Part shown: in pieces, positions 26,468 to 39,546 of the stretch
Layout: the number at the start of each line of letters is the position of its first letter
Numbering within the stretch: position 1 is the stretch's first letter
Origin: Camelus dromedarius
Lineage: Eukaryota
DNA: 64,000 bases
Assembly (NCBI RefSeq): GCF_036321535.1
Contig: NC_087447.1
Coordinates: 45,136,001 to 45,200,000, forward strand
Direction: 5' to 3'
Notes under the pieces: model-generated
What the model was told of the DNA's origin: nothing
Databases searched by the model: none
Seen by the model: only the letters and a program-made list of their open reading frames with translations
Position numbers and translations under genes: made by a program

Positions 26468-26604
26468 TTTTTATTTTTTTATATTTTGGTTGGGGGAGGT
26501 AATTAGATTTTATTTATTTATTTTTCAGAGGAGGTAGTGGGGATTGAACCCAGCACTTTGTGCATGCTAGGCATGTGCTCTGCCACTTGAGCTATACCCT
26601 CCTC
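26468..26604 (-). mobile_element. tRNA-Ala-derived camelid-type SINE
   Basis: Reverse-complement SINE; TSD TGATACATT(G/A)GTTTTA at 26452 and 26605. Confidence 0.9.
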
Positions 26605-27072
26605 TGATACATTAGTTTTAAAACAATGCAGATTTGCTAATTTGCACATGGTTCCTGTTATTTCTTTGAATGGATACCTCAGTGAAGATATTACTGAGAC
26701 TCATGGTGTAGGATAGATAGTCAATATTTACATCTTTGAGAAATCTCAGACTGAGTTACTTGGTAAGGGCAGGACAATCTTGAAATTTTAACTGACAACC
26801 AAGGGCCAATATGCTCGTAGGTCATGAATCTGTTGGGACTTGGTCCTAATATAGTAATAATACAGTTATGGTGATATCCATAGATGGGGAATAATTGGTT
26901 TAATTGAGGTCTCTTGGCAGCTTTTGGAAAATGCTGTAGTGGTTGTGACAAGAGGTAGGTCACATTTTCCCTAGTTTTTGTTAGGTGATCGTGATAGAAT
27001 GGGAGGATCCTAGTTACGGAAAACACTGAAAGGGAATTCATGGAGTCAGCTGTGATATTTTGTCCTCAAGGA

Positions 27073-28035
27073 ATGACAATCAACATGTTGGTCACGTTGA
27101 ATTCAACAAATTTTAATCCAGACCCCTTCATTTTGGTGGGCATCCCGGGGCTGGAGCAGTTCCATATCTGGATTGGGATTCCTTTCTTCGCTGTCTACCT
27201 TGTGGCCCTGGCAGGTAACGGCATCCTTCTCTACCTCATCACTGTGGACCACAGCCTCCATGAGCCCATGTTCTTCTTCCTCTCGATGTTGGCCTCTGCA
27301 GACCTCATATTATCTACCACATGTGTTCCCAAAACACTTGGCATATTCTGGTTGAAAGCTCAAGAAATCACATTTGCTGGCTGCCTCACTCAGTTGTTCT
27401 TTCTCCACTTCAGCTTCTCTCTGGACTCAGCCATCTTGTTGGGCATGGCATTTGATCGTTACATGGCCATTTGCTCCCCTTTGAGATACACCAGCGTCTT
27501 GACACCATCGACAGTTGTCAAGATCATGGTGGGCATTGTTGGTCGGAGCTTTAGTGTCATTTTGCCAGTCGTGTTCCTGGTGAAGCGTTTGCCTTTCTGC
27601 GGGACACGTATCATCCCTCACACATACTGTGAGCATATAGGGGTGGCCCGACTCGCTTGTGCTGATATCTCTATCAATATCTGGTATGGCTTTGCCGTGC
27701 CTGTAATGACTGTTATCTCAGACCTAATCTTCATTGGCATCTCCTACACTCTTATCCTTCATGCTGTTTTCCATCTTCCGTCCAGAGATGCCCGCCAGAA
27801 AGCCCTCAGCACCTGTGGTTCTCATGTCAGTGTCATCCTCATAGTCTACACACCAGCCATGTTCTCTGTCCTTGCTCATCGCTTTGGCCACAATATCTCT
27901 CATACCTTTCACATCATGTTTGCCAACCTCTATGTAGCCATCCCTCCCGCCCTCAATCCCATCATTTATGGTGTCAAAACAAAGCAGATCAGAGACAAGG
28001 TCATCTTTCTATTCTTTCCTAAAGATATGCAGTGA
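27073..28035 (+). CDS. Intact class I olfactory receptor, OR52H/T-like (syntenic position of human OR52T1P); ORF open from 27040, likely start 27073 or 27085
   Basis: [60 protein letters not shown]; acceptor-like TTTTGTCCTCAAG just before ATG 27073. Confidence 0.9.
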   Translation: MTINMLVTLNSTNFNPDPFILVGIPGLEQFHIWIGIPFFAVYLVALAGNGILLYLITVDHSLHEPMFFFLSMLASADLILSTTCVPKTLGIFWLKAQEITFAGCLTQLFFLHFSFSLDSAILLGMAFDRYMAICSPLRYTSVLTPSTVVKIMVGIVGRSFSVILPVVFLVKRLPFCGTRIIPHTYCEHIGVARLACADISINIWYGFAVPVMTVISDLIFIGISYTLILHAVFHLPSRDARQKALSTCGSHVSVILIVYTPAMFSVLAHRFGHNISHTFHIMFANLYVAIPPALNPIIYGVKTKQIRDKVIFLFFPKDMQ

Positions 28036-29420
28036 CCTGGGGATAAGAACATGGGTGAGGAGAAAAATTGTGGCAAGTCAAGTAATCACATTGATTCAAC
28101 AGAATTTGTTTTGTAAATAAGTAGCAGGAAGCCTCAATAATGGATCCAATTCCTATGAATTTCAAGGCCTCAATTCTGTTGGAGAAAATTATTGGTAAAA
28201 TTAGAGGGAGAAAGGTAAGGATTCCAGCACCAAGAAAGTGATAGGCATCAGATGGAAGGCTCCTAATTTTCTACAATAAAAATGTCAAAGCACAACATTT
28301 TTACTCTTTCTTTGATCCTTTTATCCTGGTTCAGTTTCCTCTTTTTAAAATAAAAGAAAAGATCGTACTTAATTTATAGGCTGATTGTGAGATTAAATTT
28401 GTTTAACACAAAGTAAGCTCATAAGTTCAATAACCATCTGGATGAGAAAAACTTCCAAGTCTAAAGAACAGGCTCTACTTTCTACAGAATTAATTAGGGA
28501 TGGCCCAGACTGTATGGATCCCTTATTTCAAAGGTAAACAGGTTCTTAAAAATCCATGTATTTGCAGAAGTAAATTACTATTTGCATTTGAGATAATGTT
28601 TTCTCTGGCTAGCATGTTTCTATTCCCATGATGTTCCTTGAAAACACCTATTTTTCCTTCAAAACTCAGCTGTGATGTAAGAGTCGTGACTAGCTTGCCC
28701 TGTCCCCAGATGATGTCAGTAACCTCCCCTGTGTCCTCATGGCCCCTTGTGTTTCGTAAGGACAGATCTTTGTCACTCTGTACTGGAATTGCCTGCTTCC
28801 TGATGTGTTTTCCCACACTAATCTGCGACATCCTTGAAGGCAGTGAACATGTCTTAGCCACATCTGCAGCCACAGCACCTGTTACGCAGTAAAGTAAAAT
28901 CGGATTAAAAAATGGGTTTTCATGTAATCCCAAACAATGTGCAAAGTACCGTTCACACAACATCCCAATCAATCCTCAAACCTTGTGTGATGGGTAAGAA
29001 CTCCATGAACACACGAGGAAACTGAAGCTTGGATGATTTGATAAATTTCTCAATTCCATCCAAAGGTGGAGTTGGTAAATTGCAGCCAGCAGTCGGTGTT
29101 TGGCCTCAAGCCTTTTCCCCTTGATCCCCCTTATGTGCTTCCTGTAGATGCCTTAACAAATGTAGGTTGGATGAATACACAAATGAATGAATGGTAAACT
29201 AGGGCAAGGAATATGCTGTTAAGCTGAATATCATCTTTCAACATAATTCCTTGGAAAGTCTATTTACTTACTAAAAAAGGCTTTTGTTGCTGGTAACATT
29301 TTTAAGTATATGAACCACAAACAAACAAACAAAACACTACCTGTTCCTAAGGTGCTTGTATTCACATCTTCTTCCTTCTTGCCTAAGGGCCTTTACACAT
29401 TCTTTTCTTTGTGACTGGAA

Positions 29421-29447
<27 letters not shown>
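29421..29447. repeat. (TC)n microsatellite followed by a T run
   Basis: TC dinucleotide run. Confidence 0.95.
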
Positions 29448-29457
<10 letters not shown>

Positions 29458-30719
29458 GCCTGCTGGAGAGAATGTAGCATAATGTGAAGCAGAGTTAGCA
29501 ATTCTTTACTTCACAGCTGAACAATTTGGATTGACTTTCTATGCATCATTTGTCGTATCTGCAATATAGAAAAAATAAGGATATTATCAATTTGGAAGGA
29601 AGTAAGGACTAAATCCAATAATGCTTCTGAAGGGTTTGGCTCTGTAATTGACAGATAACAAGAGCCCAAGAAACATTTCTATTTGATTAGCTTTTAGTTA
29701 GAATTATCTTCATCTTTCAAATATTTTCCTCAAGGAATCTTTTCCTATCATCCCCAGGCCTGATCAGATACCTTTGTCATTTACTCTTAGAACACTCTAC
29801 AGATTTTCATAACAGTTATCAAAGGTAGTGATTATTTTTGCACTTATAGTCTGTTGAATATTTGAATAATGCATGCCTTCCTCAAAGGATTGAATATTCC
29901 ACGAGGAAAGGCATTATGTCTGATTCACTTTTCACTATATTACTGGTGTCTGTCTTGGTGTTTTGTTCCTACCGAGTGTTCAGTGTATCTGTATTGAATG
30001 ATTCAAGTCCTGCATGCATGAATGCATGGTAGGTTCCAGTCTACCTCAGCAATTTTGTTTCTCAGAACTTCACTAAATGTGCACATGGCTCTACTAAATG
30101 ACACACATTTCCCAAACACATCATATCCTCTGATACCACTAAGCCTTTGCACATGCTGGTCTCTTGGCTCAAAATACTTTTCTGTGTTTTCCTTGAATCT
30201 TTATTCATCCTCAAGACTCATAGTAAGTGAACCTAGTCCTCAAGATGGTCTCTGATCCCTAGGCTGTGGTATTAATACCCCTGCACTCAGTTTCCATGGA
30301 CATCTTTGGATTACCTATGATTCTCATTCTGTATTGAAATTTTGTTCTACAAGTCTATTCACCTTAGAAATTTATGTCCGCAAGTAAATAGACTGTTATT
30401 TATCTCTGAATATTCAGGGTCCAGTCTGATGCCTAGTTTCCTGGGTCTGACATATTATTCCTAGTTTTAGTAAATATTTGTTGTGAAAAAGAAGTGATCT
30501 TGAAGTCCTTTTATAGCTACTCATAGTGCTTCCCATATTTCACACATACAGGATAGGGGACCTCTTCTGCTGAAGTAAGTTTCAAAGGGGGTTATTCAAA
30601 TAGAATTATAGCGGATTGTCTTTAAGAAGCCTAAATGGCCAAGAACTGTATACCCTGCCTTGACCTTCACTTCCTTATCCATGGGTAGGGCTATGTAATG
30701 ATAACCTGCATTCCTCTTC

Positions 30720-31250
30720 ATATTAGTTATCTATGCTGTGTAACAAATTGCCTCTAAAGTTAGCAGTTCAAACAAACAAAAACAATCATTTATTATCTAA
30801 AACAGTTTCTGCCTGACAGGAACTCAGGAGTGGCTACCTAGGTGGTTCTGTCTTGGGTCTCTCACTAGGTTGCTGTCAAGGTGTTACTGAGGTCACAAGC
30901 TTCAGAAGGGCTGGTGGGAGCTGCAGGGTCTACTTCCAAGGTGGTCACTTATGTAGTGCTGTTCGTTGGTGAGAGGCTTCAATCCCTCCTCACACAAGCT
31001 GCTTGTCCTCATGTCGTGGAGGCCAACTGCTTCCAGATGGGGCAATTCAAGAGAAACAGCAAGGAGGAAGCTTCGATGCCTCTTATGGGCTGGTCTCAGA
31101 AGGGACACCCTGCTACACACACCACATGCTCTTTGTTAGAGGTGAATCACTAAGACCAGCCCGTATGTACGAAAGGGGAGGGGAATTAAGCTCTACCTCT
31201 TGAAGATAACAGTATCACAAAATTTGTGAACACTTTGTAAAACCACCATG
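30720..31250 (-). mobile_element. MLT1F/E-like MaLR solo LTR
   Basis: TATTAGTTATCTATGCTGTGTAACAAATTGCC...TTTATTATCT...ACAGTTTCTG...CAGGAACTCAGGAGTGGCT...CTACTTCCAAGGTGGTCACT. Confidence 0.7.
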
Positions 31251-32439
31251 CTTCATTGTTAATAATCACCCAGGTTCTTTATCTTTCTGATGTGTTAGGG
31301 TATCAGCATTAAAATGCCCTGGGCTCTACATATGAACCACAGTGCTTATACTATATTTGTCACCATTGATTCTAATCAGAACAACAATTGTTTCCTCAAA
31401 AATTGTATCTGAATACATAAAGCATTTATAGAAAACATGAATAAACCCCTCCCCAAAGACAAAAGTAAATTGAAGGCAGCTATTAGAGTCCACAATTCCT
31501 TATTTTCTTCTCTACTAATCATGCTTGTCATGGGATATAGGCTTTTCTGAAAACTAGGGTAGAGGTAAAAGTTTGAACTGGGAGAAGAGGACAAAAATGT
31601 TACAGTAAAAATGAGGTTCTAATGTAAGGTACGCTTTTGTCAAATGATTCTAATGTGATCTGAGTTTTTGCTATCACCATAAGCTAATAAAGTGTTTCTT
31701 AAGATTTAGCAATTCAGTGTTCTCTCTCCTTTTCTCTGTATTGTGCTGTAACTTCAGGAAGTTTTAGGCCTTTTTTAGATGCATCAAGTAATATAAAATT
31801 ATTTTCTAATTGCCATTAGTAACTTCAATATATAAAAATGTTATATAAATAAATGTGATATAGATACATGATGATATTTCTACTACTAATAATAATTGAG
31901 AACATAGATTGAAAGCATAGTTTGTGGACAATAGTGAGCATTAAGAATGAGGTCCTCAACTCCAAGGAATTTGCCTTCTGAAGGTAGAGACAGAGAGCTA
32001 CACAGATCATTGAAACATGGTGTGGTTAGTCCCCAGGCAAGGGGTAAACACAGGGGTGATTGAGGGATGACTTTCCAAATGAAGTGATGCTAGGTTCTAA
32101 GCTGAGTCAGACAGAAAAGAATAGGAAAGATGTTCTCTGAAAGAAGAAACAACATATGCAAATGTAAGATGCTTGCAAAATTACGTGTGTGTGAAAATCC
32201 AAAGAGACCAGTTGGAATACAGGGTGTTTTGGAGATGAGTGGCAGGAGACAGAACTGAAGAGGAAGTTAAGGGCCTGAAATTGCTAGATCTTGTATGTTA
32301 TGCTAATGGAGATTTATTTTATCCTAAAGACTCTGCAGAGATGACAATCATATATCTATTTTAGAAAGATTATTATGGCTTCGGAGGAGAGGGTAGATTG
32401 GTAGGGTGGAATTGAAATCTTTAGATCAGTAACGAGAAT

Positions 32440-33088
32440 AGTTACTGATGGAGGAAATAATGCAGGAGAATGGATGTGGGGCGTGAGGAGGATCGTGTCC
32501 CAGGATCCGGTTGAGCCCCTGGGACGTGCCCCACCAAGTGTGGGTCCTTGGCTTCACACAGGGAAGAATTCAAGTGTGAGCCACCATTGAGTAAAGGTAG
32601 ATTTATTTAGAGAGACACAAAGAGTGTAAGGCAAGAGAAAGGCAAGGAAAGGGGTGTGGGAATTGGGTGCTCAGGTTAAAGTAAAAAGTAGGTACACACT
32701 CCATAGTCAGAGTGTGGGCTGTCTCCAAAGAGGAGGGAGTGAAAAGGGCCACTAGGTGCGGTGTTGCCAGCTTTTATGAGCTCAGTAGCTTTATACCTTG
32801 CAGGTGGGATCATTCCAACTGCCCTGGCGAAGGGGTGGGATTCCCAGGGATCGGGCCATGGCCCATTCTTTGGCCTTTTGCAGCTAGCTTTGGGACTATC
32901 TGGCACCTGCAGGCATGTTATTTATCAGGCTGTTATAATGAGCATATAATGAAGCTCAAGATCTACTAGAAGTCAAACCTCTGAATCCTCAGGGCCAACT
33001 AGGAGGTGAATGAATCTTCCACCATTTTGGTGTTAAATTGCTGTCATTCCTTGAGTGGCTGTGCCCTGCCCCCTTCCATGCTGTCTCA
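32440..33088 (-). mobile_element. ERV1-type solo LTR, about 650 bp
   Basis: Right end ...GCTGTCTCA (minus-strand TGAGACA start); left part GGGTCCTTGGCTTCACACAGGGAAGAATTCAAG...GGTAGATTTATT resembles MER4/LTR8-group U5 and polyA signal; left boundary approximate. Confidence 0.65.
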
Positions 33089-35899
33089 GAAAGTGGTTCT
33101 AAAGATATTTTGATGTCTACATTGACAGAAATGACAACTGTATGTGTAAGGAGTTTCATATGAAAGTTCAAGCACTTGATCAATATGAATGATTTGTGAT
33201 AACTAGGGTATTCCCTGTTTAAGCCTGAACCAGAAAAAAGATTCTGTATCTTTTCTTCTATAAATCTGTTTGCATTTTCCTACTAAAACAAACGTTACAC
33301 ATATTTACACAAATGATTGAAATTTATGACATAAACAAAATAACAGCAAAGACATGCAGGTTGCCTCAAACATAGACACACACACACATGTACATAACAA
33401 ATACACAAAATACCACGTAAGCAGCTTTAGCGGGAGTGGAGAGAACACTTGTCATTTTGAAAGCCCAGGACATTCTGTCTGCTCAGATACTCCTGTCCCA
33501 GAAGACCTGAGCCTGCAGGGACTCAGTCCACCCCAGCCCGTGGGACCTCAGGACTGCAGGACCTAGACCTCTGGGAACAGCCTTACCGTGCAGCCCACAG
33601 CTCACTGACTGGATTCATGTCTGGAGCCTCTTGAGGGCCCACCAGCTTGAGGGCCTTCTCCAAAGGCCCAGGAAGAGAAAGAACATTGGCACCTTGAGGG
33701 TGCCATTTCTGTCCACCCTCATCAAGGGCCCGGGGACTGCAGAGTCTCCAGGTGAGATCTACTTGGGAGGGCAGGTATGGTTGGAAAGCCAAGGGCATGG
33801 CTCAGGCCCAGATCCTGGGGCAGCTGACTGAAGGACAGACCTACAGAGGACGTCAGAGGAGGGACAAAGAGTCAGTAAGCAAAGACAAGGTGGTCTCAGT
33901 CCAGCTTTCCCCTGGATATACTATGCAGACGTGAGGCTGGATTTTAAAATCTTAGCAGTTGGAGTGAGGATGGGTACTTAAAGCAAAAGGAAACAAGTAG
34001 GACTGGGGCCGTCTAGAGGACACAGTTCAACAGCCAAAAACAAATGGTCTGAGAACTTGGATCTAAAGAATGGACTTGGGCTCTGTGATTTTCACGCGAT
34101 TTGAAAGTTTCTGCCGTCCGTGTGTATTTGCCTTTGTTTGTGATTGCAATGTCATCACTAGTCATTATTTATTGAGAGCTTAACATTTCCACTCATTGAG
34201 TTAAGAACTTTTCTCCTGTAGAAAAATCTCCTTACAAAGCTTCCATTCACAAAAAATTCTACGAGGAAATAGACATTTTAGAGAAATCAAATAGTCTGTT
34301 TGGTATAATCAAAAAAGAGGCAGAGATTAAGTGCAAATTCCAGAGCCTCGACTCTAAGATCAGGGTTCTTAAGTGGGGGCTATAATATGATTTCATGTAA
34401 ATTTACATGCCTGTGATTCCACAATTTCTGGGTATATGTGTAAAAATGTGTCTTTGTGTGTTAGTTCATGAATTAATTCATTATTTTAGCCATTTGTTCA
34501 TTGACCTGCACTTTAATAGAATACGGAATAAATAGAAGGGAGACTAGAGGAGGGGTGGGAAGGGATGTGGCTGCAAAAGTGCAAAGGTCCCGTGTCACAC
34601 AGGAGCTTGTGTCTGTGCATCATTCATTTATTTAATAAAACTTAAGTGTTAACAGAAATTAAATTAGGATAAGGAAATGAAAGTAGGAATATGAAAATGT
34701 CTTTACACTCAGGAAAGGTAGATGATAAGCAAATAAATGCAATAAATTATGATAAGTGCTTTCATAACTCCATGGTTCTGTGGGTGTAAATAAGAGGACT
34801 CAGTCTTGAGGGTTAAGGAAAGGTTTTCTGGAAGAAAACCTAAGCTGAGACAAAGGACATGGACAAAAGTAATCAGTCCTAAAAATGTCTGATTTGCCTG
34901 GATAGAACTTCTTGAGAAACGTTAATAAAAAGGATAATGATGATTTTGTTTTTTCTTTAGTGGAAATGCTTGTAGCATTCTTCTGGTTTGGCATATTATG
35001 AGCTGGCAGTTTGCACAGGTTCATTTTCCTTTACTTACATAGTAATAGATATTTAATGATTGCAAATGCATTTTCAGAGACAATGAGAATATTCTTTTTG
35101 TCTTGACTCATTGGTGATATTCAATTCCAGAAATATTTAATAAGCACCTTTTAAGGGCTACCATTGTGCAAACATTGAAGATATTATTGAAACAAAAAAA
35201 ATTTTAAAAACAAAATTGACATGATCTTCGTCTTTGCAGAAATTGCAGTCTATCAGGAAAATAAATGACAATAAGCTATTAGTTACAAGTAAGATGAATT
35301 TCAGAAAAGAGGAAATACATGTACAAAATAAAAGTTTCTAAATATAGAGAGATCAGGAAGATGGTTCCCATGGAAGAGATGTTTAAACTGATTGAAAAAG
35401 GGGCTTAATTAAGACTTGAATGATAAATAGAACTTAGCCTTGTTTGGGGAAAAGAGTAGGGATGAGAATACTTGTTCTGTCAAGCGAGAAATATGTACAT
35501 AGTCTCACTGTCAGGAGACTTTGAAGGAACGGAAAGAACACGTTTTAGGTTACCTTTGTTTAGAATAGCACACGTTATCTGTTTAGACTTTTATTCATCC
35601 AAATGACCACTGTTCAGAGAAGTGCAGTATCAATGCATGACTACTCCATGCTTGGGTACTACTTTGAACACATTGCACTGTGTTAGCTCAGCCTTAGGGA
35701 GTGGCCGTGGTCTAATTCTTCTTCACCACATGGGTTTCCACCATCATTGGCCTCATTTCTGTTCATCTTCAGAGAAAAGATAGGAGTCTCAGTGGATACT
35801 GAAGTAAAAATATATGAGGAAATAATTAAATACTGTAGCTGGCACCCTGGAAATGAAGTGGTAGAGGAATTTACCATCATCTCTCACATGGACATTGCT

Positions 35900-36900
35900 T
35901 TTAACATGTGTATTTTTAGAAAATGCAGGAGTTTTTTCTGGCAAGCATTCACAGAGTATAGCAAGAAGTCTGAAAAGGTTGTAAGTCTAGATTGTGGAGA
36001 CTCTGTTAGTTATGTTAAGGATTTTTAATTTAGATTGAAAAAATAATTGAATCAATATAATGGATTGTCTATGGTGGATTTAAAGAGAGAAGGTACAAAT
36101 GAGGTATTTCAAATCTCTCTATTGGCTCATTTAGTGCATGATATTAACATTCTCTGAAATATTAGACACAGTAGAAGGCATTAAGTTTGTGGAGAAATAC
36201 GATGAATTTTAATTTTAATTTTTAAAATGTTAAATATGAGGTACCAATGAGATATCCAAAAATGGTGCACATCCAGGGTGCAGATGGATATGTGTGTCTT
36301 GAAAGATCTAAATGGGAGCTAAAGAATTGGGAGAGGCAATGTATAGCTATTAATTGGAGTCCGAAGAGTTGATGACATAGATCAGGAAAAGTATGGACAG
36401 AAAAAGGATGGCTTCAGGCAAAGCCTTGAGGAATAGCAGGATTTAAGAGCTACAGAGTAGGAGAAACAGTCAAGGATGAGGTACAATGTTAGTGATGTTG
36501 AATAAAAACTCAAAAAGTTTGTGATAAACATTAAGTGGATGTTTCCAGACTGAGGGGATGATCAGTAGTGTCAAAGGCTGCTGAGACGTCCATCAGGACT
36601 GAAAGATGGGTTGTGGACACCATGGGTGACCTTAGTGACAGCTGCTTCAGTGGAAAGGTGAGGACAGAAATGAGATTAACATGAGACAGAGGGTAAGTGG
36701 GAGCTGAGAATGGGGATGAGTAGTGTAGACAACTATGTATTTAGTTATAGAGGTGAGAATATAATTCTTTATAATTTAGTTGGGAAGACATTTGAGCACA
36801 TTTTAATTGTTTCAGTGCTGAAGGAGCAGAAGTTTTAAAGGACTAGGTTGAAGACAAAGGCAAGAAAGAGAATGGGTGATAATGAAAGGTACCTGATGAT
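35900..36900 (-). mobile_element. L2 LINE relic
   Basis: Purine-rich antisense L2 pattern (GGATGATCAGTAGTGTCAAAGGCTGCTGAGA..., GGGTGACCTTAGTGACAGCTGCTTCAGTGG). Confidence 0.55.
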
Positions 36901-39546
36901 GGGGGAAGGTTGACATAAAGGGTATGAGTTTGTTTTTGGTCCCAGAAATGAAAGGGGCATTTTTTCCAACTATAACAAGGAAAAAGGGTAGAGAATAGGC
37001 AGATGTGATGGCTGTCTTACATGATTTCATAGCTAATGGATTCTAATTTCTCTCTGAAGTCAAATAAAAGATTATCTGTTGAGAAAGAGGGGGTTGGGGG
37101 TGGTGGATGTGCTTAGAGGAGAGGAGGGGAAAAGCCACAGAGGGAGACTGAGTTGAACAAGTTCAGGCTGTTGGATCACTGGACAGGGTGGAAGATTAAG
37201 TTAACCGTGCATGATCATGAAATTTGGGGAACACAAATGTGCCTAGTTAAGAAGTGATTTCCATTATGATCGAGAGTGCTTACTGGGTTTATTAATCTAG
37301 TAATTGAGTTTAGACACATACATGAAATGGAAGGTCAGTGGAGCAAGGGGAGCAAAATGTTTGTAAGAGAGTTGTTAAAATGATGACTCATAGAATTTAC
37401 CTTATGTAACAAGGGATGCAAAGAAACTTGGATCCTGAGTGAATCATAGTGAAAAGTCAACACCCTACAGGGCTCAAGGTTGTTGAAGAGAGAATCAGTA
37501 TTAACTGAACCACATAATTGAACAGATACAATAAATACATTTGTGATGTGTGACATTAGTCAATTTTAGGTTACAGTGCTTCAAAGGTATGGCCCTGGAG
37601 TTGTGTGGCTGACCCTCTGCAACAAAATAAAGCCATCCAGGGTGATGCTACATACTTTGAGGGCAAGTTTTGGGTAGGTGAATGGCAAGGATGTTAAATT
37701 TATTGCAGGTAATAGCTGGGCTTGTGTCTTCAAAGAGTGAAGGGAATTACAAGGAAGTCTGTGAAGGCTAATAATTAGAAAAGAGAAGAAGTGTGTAAAT
37801 GGATAGATTGATGCATTATTTATTTTTCATTTTAAATGAGGGTTTAGAAGAGCTGTCTGCAGGCAGTATGACATGCCTTCATTTAGAAGTGCTCCTATTA
37901 ATTGTACAGAGTATCTTTTGCTTCACTTAATGCTTTTAAAATTAAATTTTACACTTTTTGATTTTCATTTTGTCAGGTTTGCTTCCTTTGTCTTTAATTT
38001 TTTCTGAAGTAGCCTTGTCTATCTGTCCCTTTTACCCTCTCCATTACTTTCTTTTAGAGCTTTCTCATGAGAGCAATGTGACATTGGATTTTATTTAAAG
38101 GACTTGATTCATGCCTATGTTTCTAAATATAGGAATTCAACAATATACATTTATAATCATAAGTGATGTGCTTGATTTTAGGCTGTTAAGTTATTTTGTG
38201 CTTCTGGTTTTCTATATTTTTTATTTGAGTTATTTAATATCTTTTACTATACACATATCATGTGTATACCCTTTGCCACAGACTTTACAGAGAATTTTGG
38301 TCATATACATAGGAGTCTAGGAAAATACCCCTTAGATTTGATTCCCATTTCTACCATTTCTTCATTGGGTGGCTTTGGCAAGTTACTTAACTTCTCTCTG
38401 TTTCAGTTTTTACATCTTTAAAATGTGGATAACATTATTATTTATCTCACAATTTTGTTAAGATGATCATAGAAGTGATTACATGTAAAAAGTTTTAGAT
38501 TTGTGTAGAATAATGAAGATTCTAAAAAATATTACCTTTTGTTCTGGAGGTTGCTTATTTCCTTTTATCTTGACCCAGAATTTAGAATACATAAATTCTA
38601 TATTTCTTCCACTAGAGGTCACCTCGGTATTTATCAAAAGCACACTTAAACTGATTTCCTCATTAAATCGTCCGAGTGGGCTAGAGACTGAGCTGTGTGT
38701 GAATCTTTTTCTCATATTATTCTCCGTGGTAAGGCATCAAACAACACAGCCTTCGAAAACATTGTGATCTGCAAATCCCGAGACTGTCTAGTGTCAGGAA
38801 AATCCCTGCAGCCGCGATAGGGGTGGTGTGACAAGTTATGGTTCCGTGTTAGGTCTTTCCTTATGCCTTCTCTACGTCTCCCGCCTCTTCTCAATTCTTC
38901 ACATTGAGCAGTGTGTTGAGAAAGTCACCTGGTGTGAAGCAGCAGCAAAAACAGTGTTGTCTGCGGACCGTAATGATCTTGGCTCTGCCAGTTACAGAAC
39001 GTGAGATCTTGGGTAGGATAGCTCTCAGAGTTTTCTTCTATTAAAAAAAAGGAAAGGAAAAAAAAGAGGAGGATAAAAATAAATATCTCACAAGATGGTT
39101 CTAAATGAGATCCTACTTTTATAAGAGTCTGGCCCATGGGAAGAGTCTGTAAAGATTAATTATCTCCTTATTTTCCCAATTATGCCCCACTTTTCTAATT
39201 TTTTTCTCTCTCAGCATGTGGTTAGATTGTTTTTCTCTATTCTTGTAATTATACGGCAACACATTACACAGAGCCAGGGAAAACTTGAGCATTAAAATGG
39301 AAATAGCATTTTATGCAGTTTGAAGAAGACTTGAGGGAGCTCTGGGGATTAGTACCCGGAGTACTGGTCTGGGGAATCTTTCTAGAAGAAATGACCTTCA
39401 CTATTAATAGCAAAGGGAGGCTCTCTCTTGGTAGATCAGAAAAAGGAGTGATGGTCCTAAGACAAGAGTTCAGGGAGAATTGCAATACAATTTTTTTAAC
39501 GTTCATTATATACAATTTATTTTAGGACACAGAAGCTCTTCATCAG

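Noticed and set aside
28523-28972. 149-aa minus-strand ORF
   Set aside because: Composed of L2/MIR-like decayed repeat sequence; no protein family signal
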